A DNA stretch of 64,000 nucleotides, from the NCBI GenBank assembly GCA_963815195.1, contig CAWFGE010000013.1, positions 416,001 to 480,000 of the forward strand, read 5' to 3'. This stretch comes from an uncultured Planctomycetaceae bacterium. GTDB taxonomy: Bacteria > Planctomycetota > Planctomycetia > Planctomycetales > Planctomycetaceae. Below are positions 1 through 11,600 of this stretch, in pieces. The first letter of the stretch is position 1, and each line of letters starts with the position of its first letter. The position numbers and the translations under genes were made by a program. The notes under the pieces were generated by a model. It saw only the letters and a list, made by a program, of their open reading frames with translations. It was not told the origin of the DNA and made no database searches.

Positions 1-2868
1 CGGTCGGCTGCCTGCTTGTGAGAGACCGGAAGAGATCGCCGAGCAACTTCTCGGTGTCGTCTCCATTTTTTTGAAGCATCCGCTCCGCCAGGACGCGGGC
101 GGCTTCCACGAATTGCGGGCCGTTCATCAGCACGAACGTTTGCAGCGGCGTCGCGGTTCTCTCCCGGCGGACCCGGCACACATCCCGCTTCGAGGCGTCC
201 AAGGTCATCATCACCGGAGCCGGCCCGGTGCGCTTCCAGTAGGTGTAAAGGCTCCGCCGATAAAGCCCTTCCCCCTTCTGCCGGCCCACGGGCTTGAAGG
301 AGACTTCCACTTCGTAGGGTCGCGCCGGCGGGCCGCCGATGCGGTTCACCAAGAGGCCGCTCGTAGCGAGGGCATTGTCGCGGAGCATTTCCGCCGGCAA
401 TCGCAGGGAAGACATGCGGGCCAATAACCGGTTCTCCGGATCGCGGGCGATGAGTTCCTGGGATGTTTTGGAAGACTGTTGATAGGTCGCGGACATCGCG
501 ATCTGTTTGAGCAGCCGCTTCACGTCCCAGCCGTGCGCCACAAAATCCCGCGCCAGCCAATCCAACAGTTTCGGATGCGTGGGCGGTTCGCCTTGCCGGC
601 CGAAATCTTCCGGCGTTCGCACCAGGCCTTGTCCGAACATCATCTGCCAAAACCGATTGACCGCGACGCGGGCCGTCAGCGGATGATCGGGCCGCGTCAA
701 CCAGCGGGCGAGTCCCAAGCGGTTTCGCGGGGCGTCTTCCGGGAACGGCGGAAAAACCTCCGGCGTCCGCGCTTCCACGCGCTCGCCCCGCGCATTGTAC
801 GCTCCGCGTGTGAGCACATAGGTCGGCCTGCGTTTCTCCAATTCCCGCATGACCATGATCTCCGTGAGACCGTCTTCGAGCTTCGCGCGCTCTTCGCGGA
901 GTTTTTTCAGCGTCCTCGCGCTCGGCCGCTGCCCTCGGATCGACGGTGGAAAGATAATACTCATACAGCCCATTTCGCTTGGGTCCTCCTGCATCTTGAA
1001 TCGCGGCGGAGAGACTCTTGCCGTCGTGAAGCTGCGCGATCTCCAATCCCGTCAATTGGCGATGGAAGACCTGGAATTCATCGACCAGGCCGTCTTTAAA
1101 ACCGCGGTCGCGGAAGCGTTCGCCGATGGTGATGTTGTCGCCCCCGCCGCCGGTGATGTTCTTGTCAAGATGATCGCGAACCACTTCGCAATCGGCGGGT
1201 TGGCCGTTGATAAAGAGCTTCAAGCCGCCCGCTCGGCTGGAGCCGTCGTAGGTCATCGCCACGTGGAGCCAACGCTTCGTCGGGATCGGTTCGCGGGTGC
1301 GGATGCGAATCGCGTTGCCGGGCCAGAAGTGAATCAGCGAAGCGCTCAAGCGGCCGTCTTCGATCAAGAGTTGATAGCCCCGGCTGCCGGCGTCGGTCCA
1401 AGCCCGCGAGCGGTGAAATATCACGGCCCGCTCCTTGACATCCGGCGTGTTCATCCACAGGGCCACGCTGAACGGTTCGAATCGGCGAAAGTTCCCGACC
1501 TCAAGGCCAATCCCATCATCGCCCGTCAACCGCACCGCTTGCCCCACTTTGCCGGGCACCGCTTTGTTCGCTCCGCTTTTAGAATCCTCAAAATCCAGAT
1601 GAGCGATCCGGCCGGGGATGTCCGGTTTCGGCGAGGTTTCGCGCCAGGCTTCAAACGCTTCCCGCCGCTGTTTCGCGAGAGCGGTGAGCCTGGTCTCGGC
1701 TTCGTTGATCCGGCTTTGCTTTGCGGCGAGTTTTTGTTTGGTGGCATCGTCCATCATCCGCAGCGTGGGCGTGGGGACGGAGGAGGTGAAATACGAATAC
1801 AGCCCCGCTTCGTCGATGTTGTCGAAAAACGCCGAGAACTGGTAATACTCCTTCTGCGCGATCGGATCGAACTTGTGATCGTGGCATCGGCAGCATTCGA
1901 GCGTGAGGCCCAGAAACGCGGTGCCGAAGGTCTGCGTGCGGTCCGCGACGTATTCGATGCGGAACTCCTCCGGCACGCTGCCGCCTTCGACTTTTTGCGG
2001 ATGCAGCCGGTTGAACGTGGTCGCCAGGATTTGATCGTCCGTGGCGTTCGGCAGCAAATCGCCCGCCAGTCTGCTCGGTGATGAACTCATCATAAGGCAG
2101 GTTCCGGTTGAAGGCCCGGATCACCCAATCCCGCCACGGCCACACGAAGCGGTCGCGGTCCACTTGATAGCCATAGGTGTCGCTGTAGCGGGCCGCGTCC
2201 AGCCAATCCGCGGCGAGCCGTTCGCCAAATCGCTCCGACTGAAGCAAGCGATCGACCAGCCGCTCGTAAGCCTTCGGGGAATCGTCCTTCAAGAACTCAT
2301 CCAACTCTTCCAAAGTCGGCGGCAAGCCGGTGAGGTCGAAAGACACCCGGCGGATCAACCGTTCCCGGCTCGCTGGTTCGGATGGCGTTAAACCAGCCTG
2401 TTCAATGCGAGACAAGATGAACGCATCAATTTCGTTCTGTCCCCACTTCTGGTTTTTGACCGAGGGAACCGCTGGAGCCCGCGGCGGATTGAAGGCCCAG
2501 TGATCCTGCCACTTTGCCCCCTGCTCGATCCAGCGTTTGATGAGTTGGATTTCCTCTTTCGTCAGCGAGAGTTTGGATTTCGGCGGCGGCATCCGTTCGG
2601 CCGGGTCGTCGCTGGTAATCCGCCGGAAGAGTTCGCTTTCGTCAGGTTTGCCCGGGATGATCGCGTAATCCTTGGCGTCGGCTTCCAGGTCCAACCGCAA
2701 ATCCGCCTGGCGTTTGTTGGCGTCCGGACCGTGGCACAGAAAACAGCGGTCCGACAAAATCGGCTGAATCTGCGCATCGAAATCGACGGGTTCCTCGGCC
2801 AGCGCGAACGCCGGAATCGCGAAACCCATCACAAAGGCAAAACTCAAGGCGAACGACTTCAATGCCAA
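1..2868 (-). CDS. Planctomycete cytochrome c / DUF1549 / LamG-like / DUF1553 domain protein (3' end outside window, frameshifted)
   Basis: Signal peptide, then [20 protein letters not shown] (CxxCH) and DUF1549 motifs ([29 protein letters not shown]). After a frameshift near 2070 the sequence reads [13 protein letters not shown]. Near the window start it reads [12 protein letters not shown]...[12 protein letters not shown]...[10 protein letters not shown] (DUF1553). Confidence 0.8.
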
Positions 2869-3099
2869 AACACTCCGGTTCTCAAAGGGAAAAACTGGTC
2901 TCCCACTATGTTCAAGCCTGGCCGAAAAAATAGCAAGCGACGCAATCGGGGCGAACCAACCGCCGGCTACCGGGATTCTCTGAGAATCCCCAAATTTGCG
3001 TGAAAAACCGCCGACCGCAGCGGCAGGGGCCCCGCGCACTCGCTATGATTCTCCAGATGACGGCCTGTCCCTCTTCCTTCTCCAGACAAGAAAGATGAC

Positions 3100-4428
3100 A
3101 TGAAGTCGGCATTGGAACAGTCTCCTCAAGACGTCGCCGGGAGTTTTCGCGAACGTTATCGCGCGATTCGCCGGTTCACCGAGGAATTGACGAAGGGCCT
3201 CAGCCCCGAGGATTGCGTCGTGCAATCGATGCCCGACGCCAGCCCCGCGAAATGGCACCTGGCCCATACGACGTGGTTTTTCGAAACGTTTTTGCTCCAA
3301 GAATACCGGCCGAACTATCGAGCCTTTCATCCGCGGTATTCGTATCTGTTCAACTCGTATTACAACGCCGTGGGCGAGCGGCACCCGCGGCCGGGGCGGG
3401 GTTTGCTCACGCGTCCTTCGTTTGCCGAAGTGATGGAATACCGCGCCGCTGTCGATGAGGCGATGGACGCGATCTGGGATTTGTTGGCGTTGGAGGAGGT
3501 GCGGCGGATCATCGAAACGGGTCTGCACCACGAACAACAGCATCAAGAATTGCTCCTCACGGACATCAAACATTTGCTCGCGCAGAATCCGCTCCGGTCC
3601 GCGGTTGCGGATTGTCAACCGCCGGCCGACTGCGATGGGTACTGCCCGCTCGAATGGATCGAGCCGCCGGCCGGGTTGATCGAAATCGGACATCCCGGCG
3701 GCGAGTTTTGCTTCGACAACGAGACGCCCCGGCATCGCGTGCATCTGGAGCGATTTGAACTCGGTTCGCGGCTGGCGACGAACGGGGAGTATTTGGAGTT
3801 TATGGAAGATGGCGGATACCGCCGGCCGGAGCTTTGGCTGTCGGACGGATGGGATCAGGTCGAGGCCCGAAGCTGGCGGGCTCCGCTGTATTGGGAAACA
3901 GGCGAGAGCGGCTGGCGGCAATTCACGCTTGCCGGGATGAAGCCGGTGGCGAAGCACGAACCGGTCTGCCACCTCAGCTATTACGAGGCGGACGCGTTCG
4001 CCCGCTGGTCCGGGGCGAGATTGCCCACGGAAGCCGAGTGGGAAGCCGCCGCCCAAACGCAGCCGATCGCGGGACACTTCGCCGACTCGCGGCGGTTTCA
4101 CCCGGCCGGTTTGGGGGCGATGTTTTTCGATGACGCCCAAGTCTCCGCCTCCGAATTCTCCGCCTTTGACGCCTGCCGGCAAATGTTCGGGGATGTCTGG
4201 GAGTGGACCCAAAGCCCGTACACGGCCTATCCCGGTTATCGCCCGCCCGCGGGAGCGCTCGGGGAATACAACGGGAAATTTATGTGCAACCAAATGGTGC
4301 TGCGGGGCGGCTCGTGCGCGACGCCCGAGTCCCACATCCGCGCCAGCTACCGGAATTTCTTCAAACCCGAAGCCCGCTGGCAATTCACCGGTCTCCGGCT
4401 GGCCCGCGATGACTGCTCGGCAAGATAA
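3100..4428 (+). CDS. egtB: ergothioneine biosynthesis sulfoxide synthase EgtB
   Basis: SPAKWHLAHTTWFFE and HEQQHQE (iron-binding His), FNSYY, and a C-terminal FGE-sulfatase domain (RLPTEAEWE, GDVWEWT, VLRGGS, YRNFF...RWQFTGLRLA). Confidence 0.92.
   Translation: MKSALEQSPQDVAGSFRERYRAIRRFTEELTKGLSPEDCVVQSMPDASPAKWHLAHTTWFFETFLLQEYRPNYRAFHPRYSYLFNSYYNAVGERHPRPGRGLLTRPSFAEVMEYRAAVDEAMDAIWDLLALEEVRRIIETGLHHEQQHQELLLTDIKHLLAQNPLRSAVADCQPPADCDGYCPLEWIEPPAGLIEIGHPGGEFCFDNETPRHRVHLERFELGSRLATNGEYLEFMEDGGYRRPELWLSDGWDQVEARSWRAPLYWETGESGWRQFTLAGMKPVAKHEPVCHLSYYEADAFARWSGARLPTEAEWEAAAQTQPIAGHFADSRRFHPAGLGAMFFDDAQVSASEFSAFDACRQMFGDVWEWTQSPYTAYPGYRPPAGALGEYNGKFMCNQMVLRGGSCATPESHIRASYRNFFKPEARWQFTGLRLARDDCSAR
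4349..4410 (+). repeat. 62-bp direct repeat, copy 1 (3' end of egtB)
   Basis: accggaatttcttcaaacccgaagcccgctggcaattcaccggtctccggctggcccgcgat is identical to 5000-5061. Confidence 0.95.
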
Positions 4429-4504
4429 TTCATGCGGAAATATTTTTCCCGACCGCATACAATTGGTTGAGAGATGCGAAAAGCAGTTCGGCAAGAGGAA
4501 GAGC

Positions 4505-4999
4505 ATGTATCAAGAGAAACGACCAACGTGCGTGACGGTGATCGGTTGGTCGTGGATCATCATTGGTGGTCTGATGTGTCTCTCCGCCATCACGGCAATT
4601 CTCAGTTGGGTCGTATTTGGCCAATTGGCACAAGATGATCCAGACACGCCGTTCATCTTCAAGATCTACCCGTTGATTGCCCTCCTTCAAGTCGGCATAG
4701 GCGTCCTTGGCCTCGTTTCAGGAATGAACTTTCTCAAGCTCAAGCCCTGGGCTCGCTACGGACTTCAAGTTCTGACCGGGCTTCTCCTTGTCTTTGTTCT
4801 GGGCTTCATGGTTTTTTGGGAATTTAGCTGGGTTTCCATGACCTCCAACCACGATCCCCCTGGCTTCGGGATCATGGGGGCCGTCATGGGCGTCCTGATC
4901 ACGGGAATCTATGGAGTTCCACTCGGCATCATGCTGAAATACCTAAGAGGACCGCAGGTTAGGAACGCCATCAGCGGAACAGCCGAGCAAACGCATTGA
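4505..4999 (+). CDS. hypothetical 4-TM membrane protein
   Basis: ATG at 4505 after a purine-rich gaggaagag. MYQEKRPTCVTVIGWSWIIIGG... has four hydrophobic helices. The segment is AT-richer than its neighbours. Confidence 0.75.
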   Translation: MYQEKRPTCVTVIGWSWIIIGGLMCLSAITAILSWVVFGQLAQDDPDTPFIFKIYPLIALLQVGIGVLGLVSGMNFLKLKPWARYGLQVLTGLLLVFVLGFMVFWEFSWVSMTSNHDPPGFGIMGAVMGVLITGIYGVPLGIMLKYLRGPQVRNAISGTAEQTH

Positions 5000-5061
5000 A
5001 CCGGAATTTCTTCAAACCCGAAGCCCGCTGGCAATTCACCGGTCTCCGGCTGGCCCGCGAT
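5000..5061 (+). repeat. 62-bp direct repeat, copy 2 (duplicated egtB 3' end)
   Basis: Identical to 4349-4410. It continues into an alternative egtB-like tail (RDLASAQ* versus RDDCSAR*). Confidence 0.95.
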
Positions 5062-5207
5062 CTTGCCTCGGCACAATGAGTCCCGGTTTTTCTAGACGCC
5101 CGTATAACCCTTCGGAAACTTCGTCTAGGTGTCGTTCGCGGGATTGCGTAACATAACCGGCCGGCAAAATCTTCACCCTGCGAACATCTCAGCGTAAGGA
5201 TCCGTTT

Positions 5208-5882
5208 GTGTCTTCTCCTCATCCTGGAGAATCTCGACCCGCGCCCCAGGATTTCCCTCATCGGCGCTGGATGCTGTGGGGATTCGGTCTGTTGATCGCC
5301 TTCGGGCTCGGCGGGGCGGGTTATTGGTGGAGCCTCAACAAATACGAATACATCCCCAAGCGCTGGGGCGTCGTCGTGCCGGGGAAGATCTACCGCAGCG
5401 GTCAGCTCACGCCTCGGGTCTTGGATCGGCAGGTCAGAAAGCACGGGATCACGACGATCATCGATCTGCAGCTTAATGACATTCACGATCCCAACCAGCA
5501 GGCGGAAATCCGCTACGCCGCGGAGCATCACCTCAAGCATGTTCGCTTCCCGCTCGGGGGCGACGGCACGGGAGAATTGACGAGCTACGCGGGTGCCGTC
5601 TCGCTGCTGATCGAGTGCGAACGGCGGAACGAACCCGTGCTCGTGCACTGTGCCGCGGGCACGCAGCGGACCGGAGGCGTCGTGGCGTGCTACCGGCTTC
5701 TGGTCGAAAACGCCGACCCGCGTGAAGTCATTGCGGAACTCAAAGCCTACGAGTGGAAACCGCAGGGCGACGCCGTGTTGCTCGGCTACCTCAACGACCG
5801 CTTGCCCCAACTCGCGAGTGTATTAGTCGAACGCGGCAGCCTGGCCGAGATTCCCGCGTCGATTCCGCATCTGAGCGAATAA
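5208..5882 (+). CDS. membrane-anchored protein-tyrosine/dual-specificity phosphatase family protein
   Basis: N-terminal TM helix, IYRSGQ motif, and the CX5R signature VLVHCAAGTQRTG. Confidence 0.85.
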   Translation: MSSPHPGESRPAPQDFPHRRWMLWGFGLLIAFGLGGAGYWWSLNKYEYIPKRWGVVVPGKIYRSGQLTPRVLDRQVRKHGITTIIDLQLNDIHDPNQQAEIRYAAEHHLKHVRFPLGGDGTGELTSYAGAVSLLIECERRNEPVLVHCAAGTQRTGGVVACYRLLVENADPREVIAELKAYEWKPQGDAVLLGYLNDRLPQLASVLVERGSLAEIPASIPHLSE

Positions 5883-7309
5883 CCGCCGCCGTCATTCGGG
5901 CGTTTTGATTTCGCGCTCTTCGCGGACGTCTCCGTGGGCTCCGTCGTCGAAAGTTTCAATCGGAAACAGGTTTTGCCGTCGTCGCGGCTCCAATCGAGCG
6001 AACCTTGGTGATCGAGGGCGACCTGATGGGCCAACGCCAGGCCGAAGCCCACGCCTTCGGGTTTGCCGGTGATGAACACGTCGAATATCCGCTCGCCAAG
6101 TTCGGCCGGCGGACCGGGGCCGGTGTCCAAGACTTCAAAGACCAGCCGGCCGGGAGCCGCGGTCCCTTTGAGGTCCACTTCGCCGCCCGCGCCCGCGGCT
6201 TCAATGGCATTGAGCGCCAAGTTGAGCACGGCGGTCCGCACCCGCTCCGAATCCGCGACCGTGCTGTTCTCCCGCGTGGCTTCCGCCTCGAAGTGGAGCG
6301 CGTGATGAAACGCCACGCCCGCGTGCTTTGAGACCGGCCCGACCAAGGTGGCGATTTCTTCCACGAGGGATTTAACGTCCCGCCGAATCGGCCTGCGCTG
6401 TTCGGGTTTGCCGACCGAAAGCAGACCGCGAATCTGCTCCTCGGTCAGTTCGAGCTGTCGCAGCGCGACGCTCAAACTGTCGTCGGCCGCGAGCGTGCAA
6501 CGCTTGGCGTGGATTTGCACGGCCATGCGGGCACCGGTGATGGCGTTTCGCAATTGATGGGCCAGCCCGCCCGCCAGTTGTCCCAGGACGCGGGTTTGCT
6601 CCGTCTGGCGGATCGTTTCCCGCATCTCGCGCAATTGCCGGCTCATTTGGTTGACGGAGCCGGACAACTCGTGGATTTCATCGTTTCGGGCATCCTGCGG
6701 GAGTTGGCGGAAATCGCCACTGGCGATCGCGGCGACTTGTTCCTGCAGCCTGCGGATCCGGCCGCTCATTCGGCCCGCGAGCCAGGCCGAGACGACGACC
6801 ATCAATCCCAACGTGACGCCGCCCACGACCAGGGGCGGCAAAATCGCGTCCGTGCGGGCTTCCCGCCAGCGGGCTTCGGGATACAGCACCAACAAAGCGT
6901 CGGCCCGCGTGGAGGGGTTCAGCCGGGTGATGAGCGAGGCGAAATACCGCTGATCGTCGAGCGTGGTGGTGGACGCGTTCGCAAAGGATTCGATCCGTCC
7001 GTGCTGCTCGATCCGGGAAACGCGGTCCCACGAGAAGTTGTCGCCCTGCAGCGTGCCGGCCATCATGCGGCCGCCGGAATCGTACGCCACGAACTCGGCC
7101 CCCGACAGGCCGCGCATCTGCTCGAGCACGTTTTGCGAAAACGGAAACCGGGATCGGCCCAGCGTGTCGATTACGCGGTTGAGCTGCTCGACGGTGATTT
7201 CGGTGCTCCGCCGGGCCGCGAGCCACGCCGACGAAACCGACGTCACCGCCACCGCCACGAGCAAAATGGCTCCGAACGGCACGAGCCACTGGAAACGAAT
7301 CGACGACAT
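5786..7309 (-). CDS. sensor histidine kinase (HAMP-HisKA-HATPase)
   Basis: Two TM helices, HAMP (DEIHELSGSVNQM), H-box LAHQLRN, N-box NLALNAIEA, G-boxes DTGPG and GFGLA. The C-terminal tail overlaps the convergent phosphatase gene and may be over-extended. Confidence 0.9.
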   Translation of the reverse strand: MSSIRFQWLVPFGAILLVAVAVTSVSSAWLAARRSTEITVEQLNRVIDTLGRSRFPFSQNVLEQMRGLSGAEFVAYDSGGRMMAGTLQGDNFSWDRVSRIEQHGRIESFANASTTTLDDQRYFASLITRLNPSTRADALLVLYPEARWREARTDAILPPLVVGGVTLGLMVVVSAWLAGRMSGRIRRLQEQVAAIASGDFRQLPQDARNDEIHELSGSVNQMSRQLREMRETIRQTEQTRVLGQLAGGLAHQLRNAITGARMAVQIHAKRCTLAADDSLSVALRQLELTEEQIRGLLSVGKPEQRRPIRRDVKSLVEEIATLVGPVSKHAGVAFHHALHFEAEATRENSTVADSERVRTAVLNLALNAIEAAGAGGEVDLKGTAAPGRLVFEVLDTGPGPPAELGERIFDVFITGKPEGVGFGLALAHQVALDHQGSLDWSRDDGKTCFRLKLSTTEPTETSAKSAKSKRPNDGGGYSLRCGIDAGISARLPRSTNTLASWGKRSLR

Positions 7310-7451
7310 GAGATTCTCCCACGAACGAAATCTCCAAGGTGATAGAGATATGCTAAATCCCCGCCGGGAAATCCGGAATCCGAATGTCCAAATCAATCCG
7401 AAACAAATCCCGATGAGCGAAATTGCAAGCTCAGTGCTTCCAAAAAGGCCT

Positions 7452-7518
7452 GAGCCGCGCACGAAGTAAGCGGTGTTGCGTTTGAATCCCTGAAAACCGC
7501 TTCCTTCGTGCGCGGCTC
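7452..7518. repeat. REP-like inverted pair, family A (GAGCCGCGCACGAAGTAAGCGG)
   Basis: Forward arm 7452-7474 and reverse arm 7496-7518. The same motif occurs at 60118 and 62541. Confidence 0.85.
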
Positions 7519-7674
7519 TCCAAACCAGTTTCTTGAGCTTTTTGGGAAGTCAATTTCGTGCTTCGGATTTCCCAGGGGCATGTTGCCAAAAAACAACGGA
7601 TTCGCGAAACCCCAGCATCATGCGCTCGGGGCGACGCATTGACGGGCGAGGTCCCGGAATCGGCAAAATACCCT

Positions 7675-7702
7675 TTGACATGCCTTGGCGACATGTCATT
7701 AT
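7675..7702 (+). promoter_or_regulatory. candidate sigma70-type promoter with overlapping palindrome
   Basis: TTGACA-N16-CATTAT about 95 bp upstream of ORF 7798. The inverted repeat TGACATG...CATGTCA spans the spacer. Confidence 0.45.
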
Positions 7703-7797
7703 GAACTTTCAAGAGACGCTGTTTCCCTCGACGAACTTCCGCTCGTGCCCTTCTGAGAGATCATCAACTCGTTCCCACTTCCCTGAGAAAGCACGCC

Positions 7798-8511
7798 ATG
7801 AAACTCATTCCAAGTTGTTGTTTAGGACTCTTGTTGCCGTTGTCCGCGATGGCGCAAGCCCCCGGTGCGAATGCTCCGCAATCGGCCCCCGAATCATCGC
7901 AAACCGCGCCGGTCGATAAAGAACGGCAAAAAAAACTCCACGAGCTGCTCATGAAAGTCCAGGACGAGATCGAACTGGACAACACGCTCCGCGGGATCGC
8001 GTTCACGGGGATCGAACTTGTGAACGACCCGCAAACTCAAGGGCAGGTCATGCAGCTCAAGGGCCGGCTTCTCGATCCCGCCCAGGCCGCCCAATTGAAG
8101 AAACTCGTCGACGATGTGCTGCAAAACGACCAATACTGGTGGGTGGGCAACGGCCCCTTGCCGGTCTCCACGCAGACGATGCAGGTGGCCCCGGGCGACC
8201 CGGCGTTGGCGAACCGGTTTTACGGGATGGCTTTGCAGCATTTTTGGAAGGGGGAATACGCCGAAGCCGACCAGTTGTTCTTCCGGGCGCTCGCCGAAGC
8301 TCCGGCGGATGATGTGCTCCGTTATTGGCGGGCGGTGACGGCGCTTGCCCAGGATCAGACCGAGCGGGCCACGAAAAAACTCGCCCCGCTGACGAAATTC
8401 TATCCGCTCGGCTCCCGCACGCCGATGATCTCGGCCGCCTTCGAACGATTGCAAGGGCCGCTGCGCTGGAAACTGATGTCGCTCGAAAACAAAGTTCTTG
8501 CCTCGATGTAA
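7798..8511 (+). CDS. secreted hypothetical protein with C-terminal TPR-like helices
   Basis: Signal peptide (LLLPLSAMAQA) and the TPR-like pattern FYGMALQHFWKGEYAEADQLFFRAL...LRYWRAV. Confidence 0.7.
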   Translation: MKLIPSCCLGLLLPLSAMAQAPGANAPQSAPESSQTAPVDKERQKKLHELLMKVQDEIELDNTLRGIAFTGIELVNDPQTQGQVMQLKGRLLDPAQAAQLKKLVDDVLQNDQYWWVGNGPLPVSTQTMQVAPGDPALANRFYGMALQHFWKGEYAEADQLFFRALAEAPADDVLRYWRAVTALAQDQTERATKKLAPLTKFYPLGSRTPMISAAFERLQGPLRWKLMSLENKVLASM

Positions 8512-8605
8512 GACGGCGATCGTCGGTGGCGGCGGCATTTAGCCGGCGAGGTGTCTCCACGGCGGCAAGAGGCCGCCGCGACGTTCGTTGCGTCTCGCGA
8601 GTCGC

Positions 8606-11600
8606 TCATTTCAGCTCGTCGAGCATTTCCTGCATCTCGACCTCGAAGGTCTCGAAGCCGCGCTGGTCGATGTTGGGGCCGAGTTCGTCGACGATTTTCT
8701 TCGCTTCCGCGGCGCGGCCGGCCAGGATGAGGACGCAGGCGCGCTGCGAATCGAGGAAATGCTTGCGGTCCTCGTCCTGGGCGAGTTGGCGATAGCCGCC
8801 GATGATCTGCAGATAATCGTCCGCGACGCCGGGCTGCCGGTAGACCTTTCGCCAATTCTCGCCCATTTCCGAGACCACCTCCGCGACGGCCTGGTGGAAC
8901 TGCCAAGGCACGAGCGTGTCGAACCTTTGGGTGGCTTTGCATTCGCGTCCGAACGAGAGCATTCGCGAATGGCTGCCGCCCCAGCGCGGGCGGCTGGCCC
9001 ACAAATAGGCTTTGTAGGCGGGCTCGTAATCGAACTGGGCTTCGACGGCCCGCTCCAGCCAGAACCGCTCATCTTCGCCGGCGATGCTTTGGGTGGCCAT
9101 TCTCACCCTGAGCATCTCGGTCGCCGCTTCGGGATATTCGGGCCGCAGCCGCCAGGCCTTCAACCAGTGAGCCTGGGCCTGGGCGAGTTTCGCGTAGAAG
9201 ATTTCCCAGTCTTCCGGCGAGACCCCGTCCGCAAAGCCGCTGCCCCGCGCCCGCCAGCCCAGCGTGTGATGCGCCAGCCCCATGAGCATTTCCCGCAGCC
9301 AGGGATCGACGTTGTCCCGCGATTCGAGTTCCGATAAAAAGCCCAGTTCCTGCTCTTGAACGATCAGGCCCAGCCGGGTCTTGGCGTCGTCATAGGTCAT
9401 CCGCCGCTCAAGATCGGTGAGTTGGGAACTGCTGATCGCGTCCAGGAAGTCTTGATGGATTTCTTCGAGCGTGTCGGCGATGTCTTCGCGTTCTTCGGGA
9501 AACTGGCTTTGGATGGCGATGTAGAACATCCGCAGCTTGTAGCGGATGCCCGGCGGATATTTGGAGGAATCGAGTTCGTCAGCCGCCTTTTTGCCGAGTT
9601 CCAAAGCTTCTTCTTTCGGCAAAAACAGCAGGGCGAAGAACATCAACACGGCGGGATCGTTGCAGTTGGCGTCCACCGCGGCTTTCGCGGCGTCGCGCAG
9701 CGATTTCTCGCTTTTCTCCTCCGCTTCGAAAATGTCCCGCACGAGCTTGTCCCACCGCGGATTGCGTTTGCCGAGCTTTTGATAGGCCGTCAAGATCTGC
9801 CGCTTCCACTCCTTCTGCTGATCGCGATACAAGGGGCCGGTGGATTTCGCATAGGTTTGCAGCGGCTTGGATCCCATCAGGCGTTTGATCTCGGCGATGG
9901 TTTCGGGTTCGATGGGGATCGGCTCGGGTTTCGCACCGGCGTCTCCGCCCAGGCCGAATTCCGCGAGCGTGGTCCGCTTGGTCCGCTTGGAGAGCGGTTC
10001 GGGTTCGCTGCTCGTGCGGTCCAGGATCGCGGTCTTCACGTCCCGCGCGGAAATGGCGAAGTTCAAGTTCTGCCCGTACCGGAACGACATCGTGTTCACC
10101 GCCACCACTTCGCCCTGCCGGTTGACCAAAGGCCCGCCGCTGTTGCCGGGCGAGATGGGAGCCGTGGTTTGAATCCAGGTTCCCTGATGGCCCTCGGCTC
10201 CGACATCATCCAATTCATTGCCCGTGCGAACGCCGCTGACGATGCCTTCCGAAGGCGTGAAGCTGAGGCCCAAGGGCGCGCCGAAGGCCACAACCTCTTC
10301 CCCTTTGGGTGGGATCGCGTTTGTGAGCTTGAGCGGCTTCAGATCGAGTCCGAACGTGTTGAGCTTGAGCACGGCGATGTCCCGCGCCGGGTCCGTGTGC
10401 CAGACTCCGTCGATCGTGCCCCGCATCCCGTTCGCGAACACGACCGAAGCGGTGGCCGCGTCTTCGATGACGTGATAATTGGTGACCACCGTGCCCTCTT
10501 GATCGACGACAAACCCGCTGCCCGTGCCTTCGAGTCCGTCGGCCGTCGTGACATTGATCCGCACGACGCCGGGCTCGACCGATTGAATGAGGTCCTTTGT
10601 CTTCATCGGCTCCCGCGAAGTCCGCGGCGTCTGCCCGTTGTTCTCCCAATCGCCGATGGGATTGTTCCCGTCAAAGGCGACGTTCTTCACCTGGGATGGA
10701 TTCCGCCGGATTGGCTTTGCCATTGGCATTCGCGGTCGAGTCCTTTGTTTCTTCCTTGGAATCGCTCCCGAAGAACGCCGAAACGCCCCAGACCGCAAGC
10801 AACAACACAACCGCCCCGCCGATGCCCCCGCCGATCAAAAGCGGCTTTTGCCGGCCGGGTTTTTGCCTCGAAGCGGACTTCGGCTTGCGCGCTTCAGGCG
10901 GGCGGTGACGGACTGCTCCTCGACCGGCGGCGTCCAATCGCCAAGCCCCGCCGTTTCGTTGACGGGACGAGCGACGGGCGGAACTTTGGGAGACGCGTTC
11001 GTCTCCCCCTTCGCCGCGCGGATGGGAGCCGGGAAAGCCTCGGACGCGGGCGGGGCTTCGGCGACCGGTGCTGCGGGGGTTCGCGCGGCGGGGGTTTTGG
11101 GGGCGGCGGCCGTCAAACCGTTGATGAGGGCCAGCGCTTCCAGTTCCGCCAGCAACTCCCCGGCCGAGGAAAACCGCTCGTCGGGATTCTTCGCGAGCAT
11201 CCGCAGCACGATCGCTTCAAATTCCGCGGGGATCGCGGGGTGAAAGGACCTTGGCTTCGCGGGCTCGGCAGTTTCCAGGTTGCGGATCGTCTCCGAGAGC
11301 GAATTTCCCGTGATCGGCGGTTGCCCGGTGAGAGCCGCATAAACCGTCGCCCCCAGGCTGTAAATGTCCGCCCGCGTGTCGAGGTTTCCGCCGCCGAAGA
11401 GTTGCTCCGGCGCCAAAAACGAAAGCTCCCCGACCGTCTCGCCCGGACGGGTGATCTTTTCCGCCTTCCCGCCTTCCAAGGCCTTGGCGAGCATCAAATC
11501 GCCCAGCTTGGCCAGGCCGTCGCTCCGGCGGATGAGGATATTGTTCGGCGTGATGTTCCGGTGCACGATCTGATGCGACGCGGCCACTTCGAGGGCCCGC

